Shown here in pieces: positions 30,154-40,348 of a DNA stretch of 64,000 bases (positions within the stretch are counted from its first letter, which is position 1; each line of letters starts with the position of its first letter). Origin of the DNA: Alphaproteobacteria bacterium (GTDB taxonomy: Bacteria > Pseudomonadota > Alphaproteobacteria > Rs-D84); contig JAFZZS010000002.1 of the NCBI GenBank assembly GCA_017615655.1, positions 3,114-67,113 of the forward strand, read 5' to 3'. The notes beneath the pieces are model-generated. The model was given only the letters and a program-made list of their open reading frames with translations. It had not been told where the DNA came from and searched no databases. A program made the position numbers and the translations under genes.

Positions 30154-31059
30154 ATGAATCTGTCCAGAATATTTACTTTATCAAAAATAATTTTACGTGG
30201 ACATGTGTTTAACTGGTTTTGGCGGCCGCGTGGGGTCAGACGAAAGATTAGAAGTAATATTTTAGCGGACTTGTTGCCCAAATATTTCAAAAGATATTTA
30301 CCCGCAGCGGCAAGTATCCCGGAACGCAAAGTTATAAATGATGATGAAAACGAAAAAATCTTTACGCTTTGGCTTCAGGGTGAAGAAAATGCCCCTGATT
30401 TAATCAAAGCATGTTTTCGCAGTGTTCGTCGTCATTGTAAACAAGAATTGGTGGTATTGGATGAAAATACAATTTTTGATTATATAACCCTGCCAAAAGA
30501 AATTGTAGAAAAACGGCGTGCAGGAAAAATCAAACATGCGCATTTTGCAGATATATGTCGTGTGGAGTTACTTTATGAACACGGGGGTTTTTGGTTGGAT
30601 TCAACAGGGTTTGTGACAGCACCAATTCCTGATTGGATTACTAATGAAGACTTTTTTGTGTACATGGCAGGAAATAAAGTTGGCAGCCCATATAGTTTTA
30701 TGCAGAATTGTTTTATTCGTGCGCGTAAGGGGGCGTATTTGCTTGATGCATGGCGTGCGATGATATTAGATTTTTGGATGCACGAAGATCATAATCTTGA
30801 TTATTTTATGCATCAATTAATCTTTAAAACACTGGTTCAAAATGATCCGCGGGCTGAAAAATATTTTGCCAAGATGCCACATGTTGACCAAACACCAACG
30901 CATGCGCTTTGGTGGGCATATGGTGCCAAGCCATTTAATCAGGAAGTATTTGACAAGGTTACATCAGGTTCGTTCTTTCAAAAGACCACATATAACAGTC
31001 CATGGGTGAAAGATATCCAAGAAGGAACCTTTGCGGATGTTATGGTAAATAAAATGTAA
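30154..31059 (+). CDS. Caps_synth / Gly_transf_sug-type (GT32-like) glycosyltransferase
   Basis: IFTLWLQGEENAPDLI...HFADICRVELLYEHGGFWLDSTG matches the capsular-polysaccharide-synthesis (DXD sugar-binding) family consensus. Starts 22 nt after the recA stop with its own RBS. Confidence 0.6.
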   Translation: MNLSRIFTLSKIILRGHVFNWFWRPRGVRRKIRSNILADLLPKYFKRYLPAAASIPERKVINDDENEKIFTLWLQGEENAPDLIKACFRSVRRHCKQELVVLDENTIFDYITLPKEIVEKRRAGKIKHAHFADICRVELLYEHGGFWLDSTGFVTAPIPDWITNEDFFVYMAGNKVGSPYSFMQNCFIRARKGAYLLDAWRAMILDFWMHEDHNLDYFMHQLIFKTLVQNDPRAEKYFAKMPHVDQTPTHALWWAYGAKPFNQEVFDKVTSGSFFQKTTYNSPWVKDIQEGTFADVMVNKM

Positions 31060-31071
31060 AAAGTATATGCT

Positions 31072-31839
31072 ATGCCAAAGATATCAGTTATTGTTCCTGT
31101 GTATAACGCAGAAAAGTACTTGGTTCAATGCCTTGATAGTCTTAGATTACAAGAATTTGGTGATTTTGAAGTAATTTGTATAAATGATGGCAGTTTTGAT
31201 AATAGTGGTAAAATACTGACAGAATTTGCCGAATTAGATAAGCGTTTTATCATCATAAATAAAAAAAATGCAGGTGTATCTGCGGCGCGTAATGATGGAA
31301 TTAAAATTGCACGTGGTGAATATATTCATTTTATGGATGCAGATGATGTTATTGACAGTGAATATTATTCAAAAATGATACACTTTGCCGAAGGTAATGA
31401 TGTTATTTGTTCGGGTTTTATATCGAATAGTAAATATTCATCAAGCCTTACGTACAAAAGGAAGCATGTTCTGGTTGGAATTTTTGGTAAATTGCTTTGG
31501 TCACAAGCATTGGTAAAATCTTTTGTTTGGCGTTATTTATTTAAAACAGAATTTATAAAGAAAAATAAATTATTATTCGATACGTCGCTTGTTTCCCAAG
31601 AAGACGCAATATTTGTTCTGGATTCATTGGTAAAAGCGAATCGATTGGTGATAGTCCCGAACGTTAATTACCACTATATATTTAATGAGAATTCAGCGTT
31701 AAACAGTAAAGGCGAGGCGCACCGTGCCAAATTGAAAAAGCAATATAAATTTGGTAAACAATATAGAAAACAATATGCAAAAAATAATAATGTTATGTTG
31801 TTATGGTGGTTTAGAAAGTTATTAAAATTGTTTTTTTAA
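31072..31839 (+). CDS. Family 2 glycosyltransferase
   Basis: MPKISVIVPVYNAEKYLVQCLDSL...INDGSFDNS...DADD GT-A signature; 255 aa. Confidence 0.8.
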   Translation: MPKISVIVPVYNAEKYLVQCLDSLRLQEFGDFEVICINDGSFDNSGKILTEFAELDKRFIIINKKNAGVSAARNDGIKIARGEYIHFMDADDVIDSEYYSKMIHFAEGNDVICSGFISNSKYSSSLTYKRKHVLVGIFGKLLWSQALVKSFVWRYLFKTEFIKKNKLLFDTSLVSQEDAIFVLDSLVKANRLVIVPNVNYHYIFNENSALNSKGEAHRAKLKKQYKFGKQYRKQYAKNNNVMLLWWFRKLLKLFF

Positions 31840-31853
31840 CAAGGGAATAATAT

Positions 31854-32867
31854 ATGCCAAAGATATCTATGATTATACCAATGTATGGCGTAGAAAAATA
31901 CCTGCGCAGATGTTTAGACAGTGTAAGGAATCAAACGTTCACAGATTTTCAGGTTATATGTGTTGATGATGCATCGCCGGATAAATCTGGTGAAATCGCC
32001 GAAGAATATGCGGCAAAAGATAAACGTTTTATGGTTATACATAAAGAAAATGGCGGTTTGTCTGATGCGCGTAATGCGGGTATGCCATATGCCAAGGGTA
32101 AGTATATAATGTTTTTGGATAGTGATGATTTTATTCATCCGCAAACAATGGAAATCGCATATAATGCAGTCGAAAAAAACAAATCTGATATCGCATCTTT
32201 TGCATATGACAGATTTTACCGTCCACAGCTAATGGTACGACATATTTTGCATATGAATACAGATAATGTTATTCCATATGGAATAAAGAAAAGATACAAT
32301 CTGGATAAGATAAAAACCAGAACATCAAACGATATTTTTGAATATGCAACCGAACAATCCAGTAATTCACGAAATAAAAACAAGCATTGGCTGGTTAAAC
32401 ATTGTCAGGTTTGGAAAAATATTTATCGTCGCGATTTAATTGCCAATATTCCGTTTATCAAAGGTATTGTATTTGAAGATTTTCCATGGTGGTCTGCGGT
32501 GATGTTGAAAAAGCCCCGTATCACAGTTATAAATTTGCCACTTTATTATTATGTGCCAAATTTTGAGGGTATTGTTTTATCTGCAAAACAACTGCGTATA
32601 ATGACAAGTCTGTGTACGGGAATAAAGTACGCATACAAATTATACAGAGATGCCGCTAGTGATTATCAAATGAAAAAATGGCAAGAAAATTTTCTGTGGT
32701 TCTTTATCAGTAAAACATTTGGTAAATTGAAATACTTACAAACAGATGATGAAAAGGCAACGGCAAAAAAAGAATTTGTTGATATGAATAACATCGGTGT
32801 ATTTAATGATGTGCCAGATGAATGGTGGGCTGTACGCGAAAAAATATATGATTTTATAAATAAATAA
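31854..32867 (+). CDS. Family 2 glycosyltransferase (paralog of the upstream gene, longer C-terminus)
   Basis: MPKISMIIPMYGVEKYLRRCLDSV...VDDASPDKS...DSDD; 337 aa. Confidence 0.8.
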   Translation: MPKISMIIPMYGVEKYLRRCLDSVRNQTFTDFQVICVDDASPDKSGEIAEEYAAKDKRFMVIHKENGGLSDARNAGMPYAKGKYIMFLDSDDFIHPQTMEIAYNAVEKNKSDIASFAYDRFYRPQLMVRHILHMNTDNVIPYGIKKRYNLDKIKTRTSNDIFEYATEQSSNSRNKNKHWLVKHCQVWKNIYRRDLIANIPFIKGIVFEDFPWWSAVMLKKPRITVINLPLYYYVPNFEGIVLSAKQLRIMTSLCTGIKYAYKLYRDAASDYQMKKWQENFLWFFISKTFGKLKYLQTDDEKATAKKEFVDMNNIGVFNDVPDEWWAVREKIYDFINK

Positions 32868-32881
32868 TACCAGTATAAAAT

Positions 32882-33718
32882 TTATATCATTGATTTTTTA
32901 AATCGTGATGGGACTTTGACTACCCATTTGATACCCATCATTCCTGGTTTTCCAATAGCATATATTGGTCGAAATATGCGTTGCATTATCCGAGCAATTT
33001 TTATATATCGTTCTGTGTGCGCAGGTTTATTGGTTACTAAATTTATTGTCCCATTTCCCCGACGACGCAGGTGATTTACCCAATCTGCGCCACGAAGTTC
33101 TGCCTTGTGAAGTAACATTTCCATATCAACAGCACCAAAATGTAACAAGTATAAGTTTTCATCTATATGGAAATTATGCCGTTTAACATGATGAAAACCG
33201 CTGCCCCAGGTTGCTGGTTTAAAAAGTACCACTGGTTTTGTATACCGCGTAGAGAGCAAGGCGTAACCACGTTGACTTAACATAGGTTTATTTTTATCCA
33301 ATGCTTTTTCATAGTTCATATTTTGACCAATGTCTAGCCCCAGTCCAGACACTGTCGTTTTGTAATTGAGATTTGATAAATATTCAGCAAGAGTTTTTTT
33401 TATATTTGGATCAACAATTAAAAATTCATCAGAATCACACCCAATGACAATCTTATATTTTTTAAATAGTCTTTGCGCTAATTCTGAGATTTTTCCAATT
33501 CTGTATTTATCACCAGCGGCGCGCGACATATTAACATGTGGCAATTTTATTACATTCGCATTACCGGTATTTTTTGGTGTGTGTTGATCGGTTCCGTCCA
33601 AAATTATGTAAAGATTTTCTTTGCCTAGTTCACGACCATAATATTCAATCCAACGAGATAGAAAGAATTCATCATTTCGTGCCATTGTTATGGCGGCAAT
33701 AGATTTTGTTTTTGTCAT
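32882..33718 (-). CDS. Putative GT-A-fold glycosyltransferase (GT2_4/GT92-like), family uncertain
   Basis: N-terminal IAAITMARNDEFFLSRWIEYYG...LYIILDGTD...GCDSDEF (DxD-like); 278 aa. Confidence 0.45.
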   Translation of the reverse strand: MTKTKSIAAITMARNDEFFLSRWIEYYGRELGKENLYIILDGTDQHTPKNTGNANVIKLPHVNMSRAAGDKYRIGKISELAQRLFKKYKIVIGCDSDEFLIVDPNIKKTLAEYLSNLNYKTTVSGLGLDIGQNMNYEKALDKNKPMLSQRGYALLSTRYTKPVVLFKPATWGSGFHHVKRHNFHIDENLYLLHFGAVDMEMLLHKAELRGADWVNHLRRRGNGTINLVTNKPAHTERYIKIARIMQRIFRPIYAIGKPGMMGIKWVVKVPSRFKKSMI

Positions 33719-34566
33719 AGTTTCCCTGCCAGTAGTTTTTGTATTCCATATTTCATATTATGGTATGTCGCACTTAGCATATTGCGAGAAAGTGTTTTTT
33801 TGACATAATCTGTACCATATGTTTGTGACGCCGATTCAATAATTGCGTTACGCAGTTTGGTTGGGACATGTTCAAGTACATAATTTATTTGTCGACCCAA
33901 TCCACCGTCGTGCCGTGTAAAGGAAATCTTTTTTATAAAGGGGACTTTGGCATGATAGAGTTTTTTTACGTTGTTGTATATGCCACGACCTTTCACAACA
34001 TATATACACTTCCATGTTCCACCATGTGATATAACGTTGCTAGAAAACCCATGTTCATATAGATGGGTTATTATGCCCTTGTCATCTTGGTGTTTCACAT
34101 TGTTTATAAATTTATTAAACCAATCAGACATAAAGATTGTTTTGCGCATGCCAATAAACCATGATTGAATATGCGGATGTGTTTTCTTGGGATTTTCCAC
34201 CAAGCCAAATGCATCAGTATCAAATAATTCCATTTTTTTAAGGTATGGTTTAATATCAAACAGTGGACCGTATACACTATCGTTTACCATATACATAAAA
34301 TCATACTGGGTTAAATCAAGATGTTCTTTTGCCCATTTATATGCGCGTTTGTAAGAGCCAAAATCATATTCGCCATGACGTTCAGCAATCGCATTTAATA
34401 CATAAGGTATAAGTTTATCTAATTCGATTTTCGGAATATCAGAGTCCATACAAACGATTAAATCCCCAATTTTTGCCAAACAAGAAACATAATAAACCAG
34501 GGATGCGTCAACTTTGTTATTCGCATTATACCCAGCAAACAAAAATAACCTTTTATTCCTAGACAT
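33715..34566 (-). CDS. Polysaccharide biosynthesis protein (RgpF/WavE-like, uncertain)
   Basis: 283 aa, no TM segments. Overall similarity to rhamnan/LPS-core synthesis accessory proteins is weak and judged only from motif-level recall. 4-nt overlap with the downstream GT gene. Confidence 0.3.
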   Translation of the reverse strand: MSRNKRLFLFAGYNANNKVDASLVYYVSCLAKIGDLIVCMDSDIPKIELDKLIPYVLNAIAERHGEYDFGSYKRAYKWAKEHLDLTQYDFMYMVNDSVYGPLFDIKPYLKKMELFDTDAFGLVENPKKTHPHIQSWFIGMRKTIFMSDWFNKFINNVKHQDDKGIITHLYEHGFSSNVISHGGTWKCIYVVKGRGIYNNVKKLYHAKVPFIKKISFTRHDGGLGRQINYVLEHVPTKLRNAIIESASQTYGTDYVKKTLSRNMLSATYHNMKYGIQKLLAGKL

Positions 34567-34630
34567 GTATTTAGTCCTACTATATAATGATACTAGCTAA
34601 ATAAACCTTTTTCAATAAAGGATATTAAAT

Positions 34631-35560
34631 ATGTCAATTAATTATGACAATAAGAGAAAAGACATAACTTTTTGTACAATGTTGTTTAGAATGCCGACGC
34701 AGAATTTGGCGGCTATCAAGGGTGGAAACAGAAATTTTGAAGAATTTTATTTAGCGTCATTAAAAAGATTATGTGAAACTTTTAATCATGTATCGTTATG
34801 GTGTGATGCGGAAACAGCAAATTATTTGAATAAAGCTGGCTTCAAAAATAAAATACACATGAAAATTATGAAATTACAAGATTTACCCCATTGGAGTGAA
34901 CGTGAATCTTGCAGAAAAATTATGTACAAGATGAAAAAGTATGTTGGATATTTTTTGCATCATCGTTCACCAGAATTGTGGGTTGATTATTTGCCATTAA
35001 TGTGGGCAAAGCCGGCAATTATTGATTGGGCAGCCAAAAATAATAAATTTAAAAGTGATTATTTTATGTGGATTGATGCAGGAGCATTTAGTCCTAGGTA
35101 CGCAAATTCAAATTTATGGAATAATTGGAATGGTCATATTGTTGCCAGACCTAAACGTGTACGTATGACGATTGCGATAACATTGGGTAAATCGCGTCCT
35201 CATTTTGTCCCGCGTTTCGTGTACGATTTATGTAAATGGTTGTTTGTAAAACCAATTGAACCGGCAAATTCGCATAATTTAGCAAAACAAAATTTAAGGG
35301 ATATTGCAATGACCAATGCAGATTACGATGTTCCAGGTGGATGTTTTATGGTTCCTAAAAACAAAGCCCATGATTTTTATCAGGCATTTGAACGTGTTCG
35401 TAAAATAATGAAAAAGCATGATTTGTGCTGTGTCGATCAGGGAATTTTTCAAGCCATGATGAAATTTGATGTCGATGATTTGTTTGAATTGAAATATATC
35501 AAGGGATATAAGTCTTTGTATGCGTTGGTTGCAGGTAAAGATTATGATACCTTTGCATAA
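34631..35560 (+). CDS. HtrL/YibB-like LPS-biosynthesis-associated protein (uncertain)
   Basis: 309 aa, with a WIDAGAF segment reminiscent of HtrL_YibB-family proteins found in LPS core clusters. Confidence 0.3.
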   Translation: MSINYDNKRKDITFCTMLFRMPTQNLAAIKGGNRNFEEFYLASLKRLCETFNHVSLWCDAETANYLNKAGFKNKIHMKIMKLQDLPHWSERESCRKIMYKMKKYVGYFLHHRSPELWVDYLPLMWAKPAIIDWAAKNNKFKSDYFMWIDAGAFSPRYANSNLWNNWNGHIVARPKRVRMTIAITLGKSRPHFVPRFVYDLCKWLFVKPIEPANSHNLAKQNLRDIAMTNADYDVPGGCFMVPKNKAHDFYQAFERVRKIMKKHDLCCVDQGIFQAMMKFDVDDLFELKYIKGYKSLYALVAGKDYDTFA

Positions 35561-35575
35561 TTCTGATGTATAAGG

Positions 35576-35603
35576 AAAAAACCGCCGTATCGGCGGTTTT
35601 TTT
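35576..35603. terminator. Bidirectional rho-independent terminator between the HtrL-like gene (+) and typA (-)
   Basis: aaaaaccgccg-tat-cggcggttttttt. The typA stop codon lies within the T-tract. Confidence 0.8.
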
Positions 35604-37437
35604 ATAATTCTTCTTTGCCACGAGCAAGTTTTTTACGTTTACCGCTATCTAATTCTTTTTTACGCAGACGAATTGTTGCAGGGGTGACCTCAACTAGTTC
35701 ATCATCCTGAATATACGATAATGCTTCTTCAAGAGAGATTTTGCGCGGTGGTGCCAGAAATAATTTTTCATCTGCGGTAACACTGCGAACATTTGTTAAT
35801 TCTTTACCTTTAATCGGATTTACTTCAAGGTCGTTTTCTTTGCTATGTTCGCCAATAATCATCCCAGAATAAACCTCGGTTTGTGGTCCGACAAATAATA
35901 CGCCACGTGGTTCCAAATTATGTAAAGCATATGTTGCAGTCACACCCTTTTCCATGGATACCAAAACACCTGGACGATATTGGACAATTGGTCCGCGGTA
36001 TACATCGTATTTATCAAAGACGCGGTTCATAATGCCTGTACCACGTGTATCAGTTCTAAATTCAGACAAATACCCTATTAAACCACGTGATGGTGCAGAA
36101 AATACAATACGTGTTTTGCCACCACCAGATGCCTTCATTTCCGTAATTGTTGCCTTGCGTTTAGTCATTTTTTCAATTACAACGCCACTAAATTCATCAT
36201 CTACATCAACGACAACTTCTTCGATTGGTTCCAGTGTTTCACCATTTGGACCTGTTTGCATAACAACACGTGGACGACTGACACTAAGTTCAAATCCTTC
36301 GCGACGCATGGTTTCAATTAAAATACCCAATTGTAATTCGCCACGTCCAGATACCTCAAATGATTCTTTGTTTTCGCTTTGTGTAACCTTTAAGGCGATA
36401 TTCGTTTCGGCTTCTTTGAAGAGACGTTCACCAATCATACGTGATGTTAGTTTCTTGCCACTTTGTCCGGCCAACGGCGATGTGTTAACGAAAAATGTCA
36501 TGGTAAGTGTTGGCGGATCAATTGGCATTGCAGGTATTGGTTCAGTTACCGATGGATCACAAAGAGTGTCAGCAACAGTTGCCTTGGTAAATCCCGCAAC
36601 AACAACAATGTCTCCAGCAGATGCACTTTCGCGTGATATTTTTTCAATTCCGCGGTGTTCAATAATTTTTGTGATTTTGGCATTTTCGACAAACTCACCT
36701 TTCATATTTATTGCCTTGACTGACTGACCAACGCGGACAGTTCCTGATTCTATTTTACCTGTTAGAATTCTGCCAACATATGGGTCTGATTCCAATGTTG
36801 TGGCTAGCATGGTGAAAGGGGCATCCAATTGACAACGAGTGCCATTACAATCAGGTGCCGGGACATGGTCAACAATTAATTGGAATAATGGGGTTAAATC
36901 TTTATGTTCGTCATCCAGATTGCGTACCGCCCAACCGTCACGTCCAACAGCATAAAGATATGGAAAGTCTAGTTGTGCATCGTCTGCACCCAGTTTATCG
37001 AATAAATCAAATGTTTCTGATAAAACTTCATCTGGGCGTGCATCAGATCTGTCGACCTTGTTAATACATACGATGGGGCGTAACCCAAGTTTTAATGCTT
37101 TGGATAGTACAAACTTAGTTTGGGGCAGGGGACCTTCGGCACTGTCTACCAATAATACCACGCCATCAACCATGGATAGAATACGTTCTACCTCGCCACC
37201 AAAATCGGCGTGTCCCGGGGTATCCACAATATTAATTTTGTAATCATGCCACAGAACGGATGTTGGTTTGGCCGAGATGGTAATTCCGCGTTCGCGCTCG
37301 ATATCGCCACTGTCCATGACGCGATCTTCCACGCGTTCATTTTCACGGAAAGTGCCGGCCTGTTTCAACATATTATCAACCAAGGTTGTTTTACCGTGGT
37401 CAACGTGCGCGATAATTGCAATATTACGAATCTTCAT
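35602..37437 (-). CDS. typA: Translational GTPase TypA/BipA
   Basis: [24 protein letters not shown]-like domain order; 611 aa. Confidence 0.93.
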   Translation of the reverse strand: MKIRNIAIIAHVDHGKTTLVDNMLKQAGTFRENERVEDRVMDSGDIERERGITISAKPTSVLWHDYKINIVDTPGHADFGGEVERILSMVDGVVLLVDSAEGPLPQTKFVLSKALKLGLRPIVCINKVDRSDARPDEVLSETFDLFDKLGADDAQLDFPYLYAVGRDGWAVRNLDDEHKDLTPLFQLIVDHVPAPDCNGTRCQLDAPFTMLATTLESDPYVGRILTGKIESGTVRVGQSVKAINMKGEFVENAKITKIIEHRGIEKISRESASAGDIVVVAGFTKATVADTLCDPSVTEPIPAMPIDPPTLTMTFFVNTSPLAGQSGKKLTSRMIGERLFKEAETNIALKVTQSENKESFEVSGRGELQLGILIETMRREGFELSVSRPRVVMQTGPNGETLEPIEEVVVDVDDEFSGVVIEKMTKRKATITEMKASGGGKTRIVFSAPSRGLIGYLSEFRTDTRGTGIMNRVFDKYDVYRGPIVQYRPGVLVSMEKGVTATYALHNLEPRGVLFVGPQTEVYSGMIIGEHSKENDLEVNPIKGKELTNVRSVTADEKLFLAPPRKISLEEALSYIQDDELVEVTPATIRLRKKELDSGKRKKLARGKEEL

Positions 37438-37563
37438 GTTTTAGCCCTTTTTTGCCCTAAGGGTATAGATTATACGATATTTTTTAAAATTCAACAAATT
37501 ATGAAACATTTTTATAAAAAATGGGTACTAATAAATGGTGGGTTACGTTTTGTTAAGGTAAAA

Positions 37564-37586
37564 GAAATCGCCCGACGGGCGATTTC
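37564..37586 (-). terminator. Probable rho-independent terminator downstream of serS
   Basis: gaaatcgccc-gac-gggcgatttc hairpin, short T-run on the minus strand. Confidence 0.55.
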
Positions 37587-37589
37587 TAT

Positions 37590-38870
37590 CTAGTGTTTTC
37601 CACCAATTTTCGTTCGACCACCCATCAAGGCCTGTAACTTTTTCGGAATATTTACACTGCCATCTGCATTTTGATGGTTTTCAATTACTGGCACCAATGC
37701 ACGAGGCAGGGCGATTCCAGTATTGTTTAATGTTGCAACAAACCTGACTTCGCCAGTTGCGTTTTCGCGATAGCGTGTGTTTGTGCGACGTGCCTGAAAT
37801 TGACCAATGGATGAGCAGGAACCCAATTCACGATAGGAGTTTTCTGATGGAAACCATGCTTCGACATCATTCATTTTGACTTTATTGAAACCCATATCGC
37901 CAGTAGAATTTGCAATTACGCGGTACGGTAATTCTAAATCTTCGATAACTTCGCACAAATTATTCAGTAGGTGTTCATGCATTTCATCGCTTTGTTCCGG
38001 AGTACAAAATATATACTGTTCAACCTTGTTAAATTGATGAACGCGCACTATACCGCGTGTGTCTCGTCCAGCTGCCCCAGCTTCTTTGCGAAAACATGGC
38101 GAAAATCCTGCATATTTTATCGGCAAATCATTTTCAGATAAAATTTCATCTGCATGCAAAGAATTTAAGACGATTTCTGCGGTACCAGTTAAGCATCTAT
38201 CAGTATCGGTTAACATAAACACATCATTATTCATTACTGATAAATCCGAACCCATAAAGTGCCCTGCATTAAATATCGTTTGTGGTTTAGATATGGATGG
38301 ACATTCAATGTATTTGAATCCTTTGGTAATAAGTTTTTGAATAACATATGTTTGAATTGCCAATGAAAGTTCCGCGGCTTCGCCAGCAAGAGCATAAACA
38401 CGTGTGCCACAAATATTTGCAATTTTTTCCGGCATCCACCATCCATTCATTTCTAATAATTCCCATTGTGGACGGGGGGTAAAATCAAATGTCCGCGGGG
38501 TGCCTATACGACGGATTTCCACGTTTGCAGAATCATCAGCACCAACGGGTGCGTCCGCCGATGGTATTTGTGGAACGCGATGTAACAGGTCATTTAATAC
38601 CGCTTCTTTATCGGCCAATTCCGCCATATCATTTGCAATTTCTTCGCTAATTTCTTTTGATTTCGCAATCAGTGGTGCTTTATCTGTGGCAGTTGGAATT
38701 TCTTTTGATATTTTATTTTTCTCTGCTGTTTTTGTCTGTGTAATTGTTTTTAATTCGCGTACACGCACATCCAAAGATAAAATATCATCAACCACGTTTG
38801 GAAAATTTTTTACCTTGCAAGCATTTTTAACTATATCTGGATTTTCACGAATAAATTTTATATCCAACAT
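37590..38870 (-). CDS. serS: Serine--tRNA ligase
   Basis: N-terminal coiled-coil arm (MLDIKFIRENPD), class II motifs 2 and 3; 426 aa. Confidence 0.93.
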   Translation of the reverse strand: MLDIKFIRENPDIVKNACKVKNFPNVVDDILSLDVRVRELKTITQTKTAEKNKISKEIPTATDKAPLIAKSKEISEEIANDMAELADKEAVLNDLLHRVPQIPSADAPVGADDSANVEIRRIGTPRTFDFTPRPQWELLEMNGWWMPEKIANICGTRVYALAGEAAELSLAIQTYVIQKLITKGFKYIECPSISKPQTIFNAGHFMGSDLSVMNNDVFMLTDTDRCLTGTAEIVLNSLHADEILSENDLPIKYAGFSPCFRKEAGAAGRDTRGIVRVHQFNKVEQYIFCTPEQSDEMHEHLLNNLCEVIEDLELPYRVIANSTGDMGFNKVKMNDVEAWFPSENSYRELGSCSSIGQFQARRTNTRYRENATGEVRFVATLNNTGIALPRALVPVIENHQNADGSVNIPKKLQALMGGRTKIGGKH

Positions 38871-38886
38871 ATCTAATTCCTTTGAT

Positions 38887-39792
38887 TTATTGCGCGTTTG
38901 TATTCAAGTAACTTATTGCGTCCATCGCTGCTGTACAGCCAGTTCCTACTGCTGTCGCAATTTGCATTTTTAGGTTTGAATGAACATCACCTGCAACGAA
39001 TACTCCAGCTGGTAATGCGTCAGGAGCGATACGTCCCAAATCATCGCGTCTGATGTCTTCGGTTAAATAATCTGTGTTTGCTTCGTGACCAATGGCAACG
39101 AATATTCCATCACAGACAATTTGTTGGTCGTCCAAAGTTGTCGCAATCAGTTCGCCTGTGTCCGAATTCGGTTTTGCAGATATTTTCTTTAATTCTGTAT
39201 TGAATATGCACTCTATATTTTTCTTTTCTTTGACACGGTCACGAATAACTGCTTCGGCACGTGTGAATGCAGATTTGCGGTAAACTATTTTCACAGTTTT
39301 TGCGATATCTGATAAATATAATGCGTCATTTAATGCGGTATTACCGCCACCAATCACTAATACCGTTTTCCCGCTATAGAAAAAACCGTCACATGTTGCA
39401 CAATATGATACACCGCGACCAAAAAACTCGCGTGCACCCTCGATTTCCAGTTTTCTTGGGGATGCCCCAGTTGCCAAAATTATTGAACGTGTTTGGTATT
39501 TTTCACCCTGGGTATCGGTTACGATAAAGGTGTTCTTTTCGCCATTTTCAATATGCGCGGCAGTTTTCATTTTGATTTTTGCACCAAATGATTCAGCTTG
39601 TTTTTTTATAAACTCTACAAGTTCAAAACCACTGCCATGCCATCCAGGATAGTTTTCCAGTGTTGGAATACTGGCGGTTTGACCACCAAGTGTGTCACCA
39701 CCCATAACAAGTGTGTTTTTATTTCCGCGACCGCAATAAATTGCAGCCGTCAATCCAGCTGGGCCGGAACCTAATATAATAACGTCATACAT
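38887..39792 (-). CDS. trxB: Thioredoxin-disulfide reductase
   Basis: YDVIILGSGPAGLTAAIY FAD site, CATC redox-active disulfide, GGGNTA NADPH site; 301 aa. Confidence 0.92.
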   Translation of the reverse strand: MYDVIILGSGPAGLTAAIYCGRGNKNTLVMGGDTLGGQTASIPTLENYPGWHGSGFELVEFIKKQAESFGAKIKMKTAAHIENGEKNTFIVTDTQGEKYQTRSIILATGASPRKLEIEGAREFFGRGVSYCATCDGFFYSGKTVLVIGGGNTALNDALYLSDIAKTVKIVYRKSAFTRAEAVIRDRVKEKKNIECIFNTELKKISAKPNSDTGELIATTLDDQQIVCDGIFVAIGHEANTDYLTEDIRRDDLGRIAPDALPAGVFVAGDVHSNLKMQIATAVGTGCTAAMDAISYLNTNAQ

Positions 39793-39853
39793 TCCTATTC
39801 ATCCTTTGGCTAGAACAATAGCATAACAAATTTTTATGTGCCATAAAAAAGTA

Positions 39854-40348
39854 TCACTTGCCAAAATGCTTTTTTAGTGTTTGATATGCAGCGGATATCT
39901 TTGTAAATTCTTGGCCGCTGGATTCTGATGTGTGCGCGGTATCTGGATGGTATTTTTTTGCAAGCGCACGATACTTTGATCCAATTTCACGCCAAGACGC
40001 AGTAATTGGCAAATCTAATGTTTTAAATGCATTAATGATTGTCGAAGATAAGGATTTTTTCACCGGCATTTTGTCAAATGTGCTGCGCCCAGTGATAAAA
40101 TCATTTAAAAATTTTATATAATCTGCAGATTCTTGTTTAGAGCGTTTGTTGATTGGTGAACCAAAAGTTCTGGTTTCCCAATCTTCCTCAATTTCTTCGG
40201 GCGTCATATCGGCATAGAAGTTCCAGTTCTTATTATATTCTGCAGCGTGTTCTTGGCAAAAATACCAATATTCTTTTAATTCGCGTGTCTTAGGCGCCCG
40301 ACATGTACCAGCTTTGGTACATCCTTTTACTTCGCATTTTTTTATCAT
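39854..40348 (-). CDS. Zinc-ribbon protein with C-terminal J (DnaJ) domain
   Basis: N-terminal CEVKGC...C....C..H zinc-finger-like region; C-terminal YRALAKKYHPD J-domain signature; 164 aa. 4-nt overlap with the xerD stop. Confidence 0.6.
   Translation of the reverse strand: MIKKCEVKGCTKAGTCRAPKTRELKEYWYFCQEHAAEYNKNWNFYADMTPEEIEEDWETRTFGSPINKRSKQESADYIKFLNDFITGRSTFDKMPVKKSLSSTIINAFKTLDLPITASWREIGSKYRALAKKYHPDTAHTSESSGQEFTKISAAYQTLKKHFGK

Noticed and set aside
37438-37589. 152-nt intergenic region between typA and serS checked for tRNA or sRNA
   Set aside because: It contains only a short weak hairpin, an AT-rich spacer and the serS terminator; no tRNA features.
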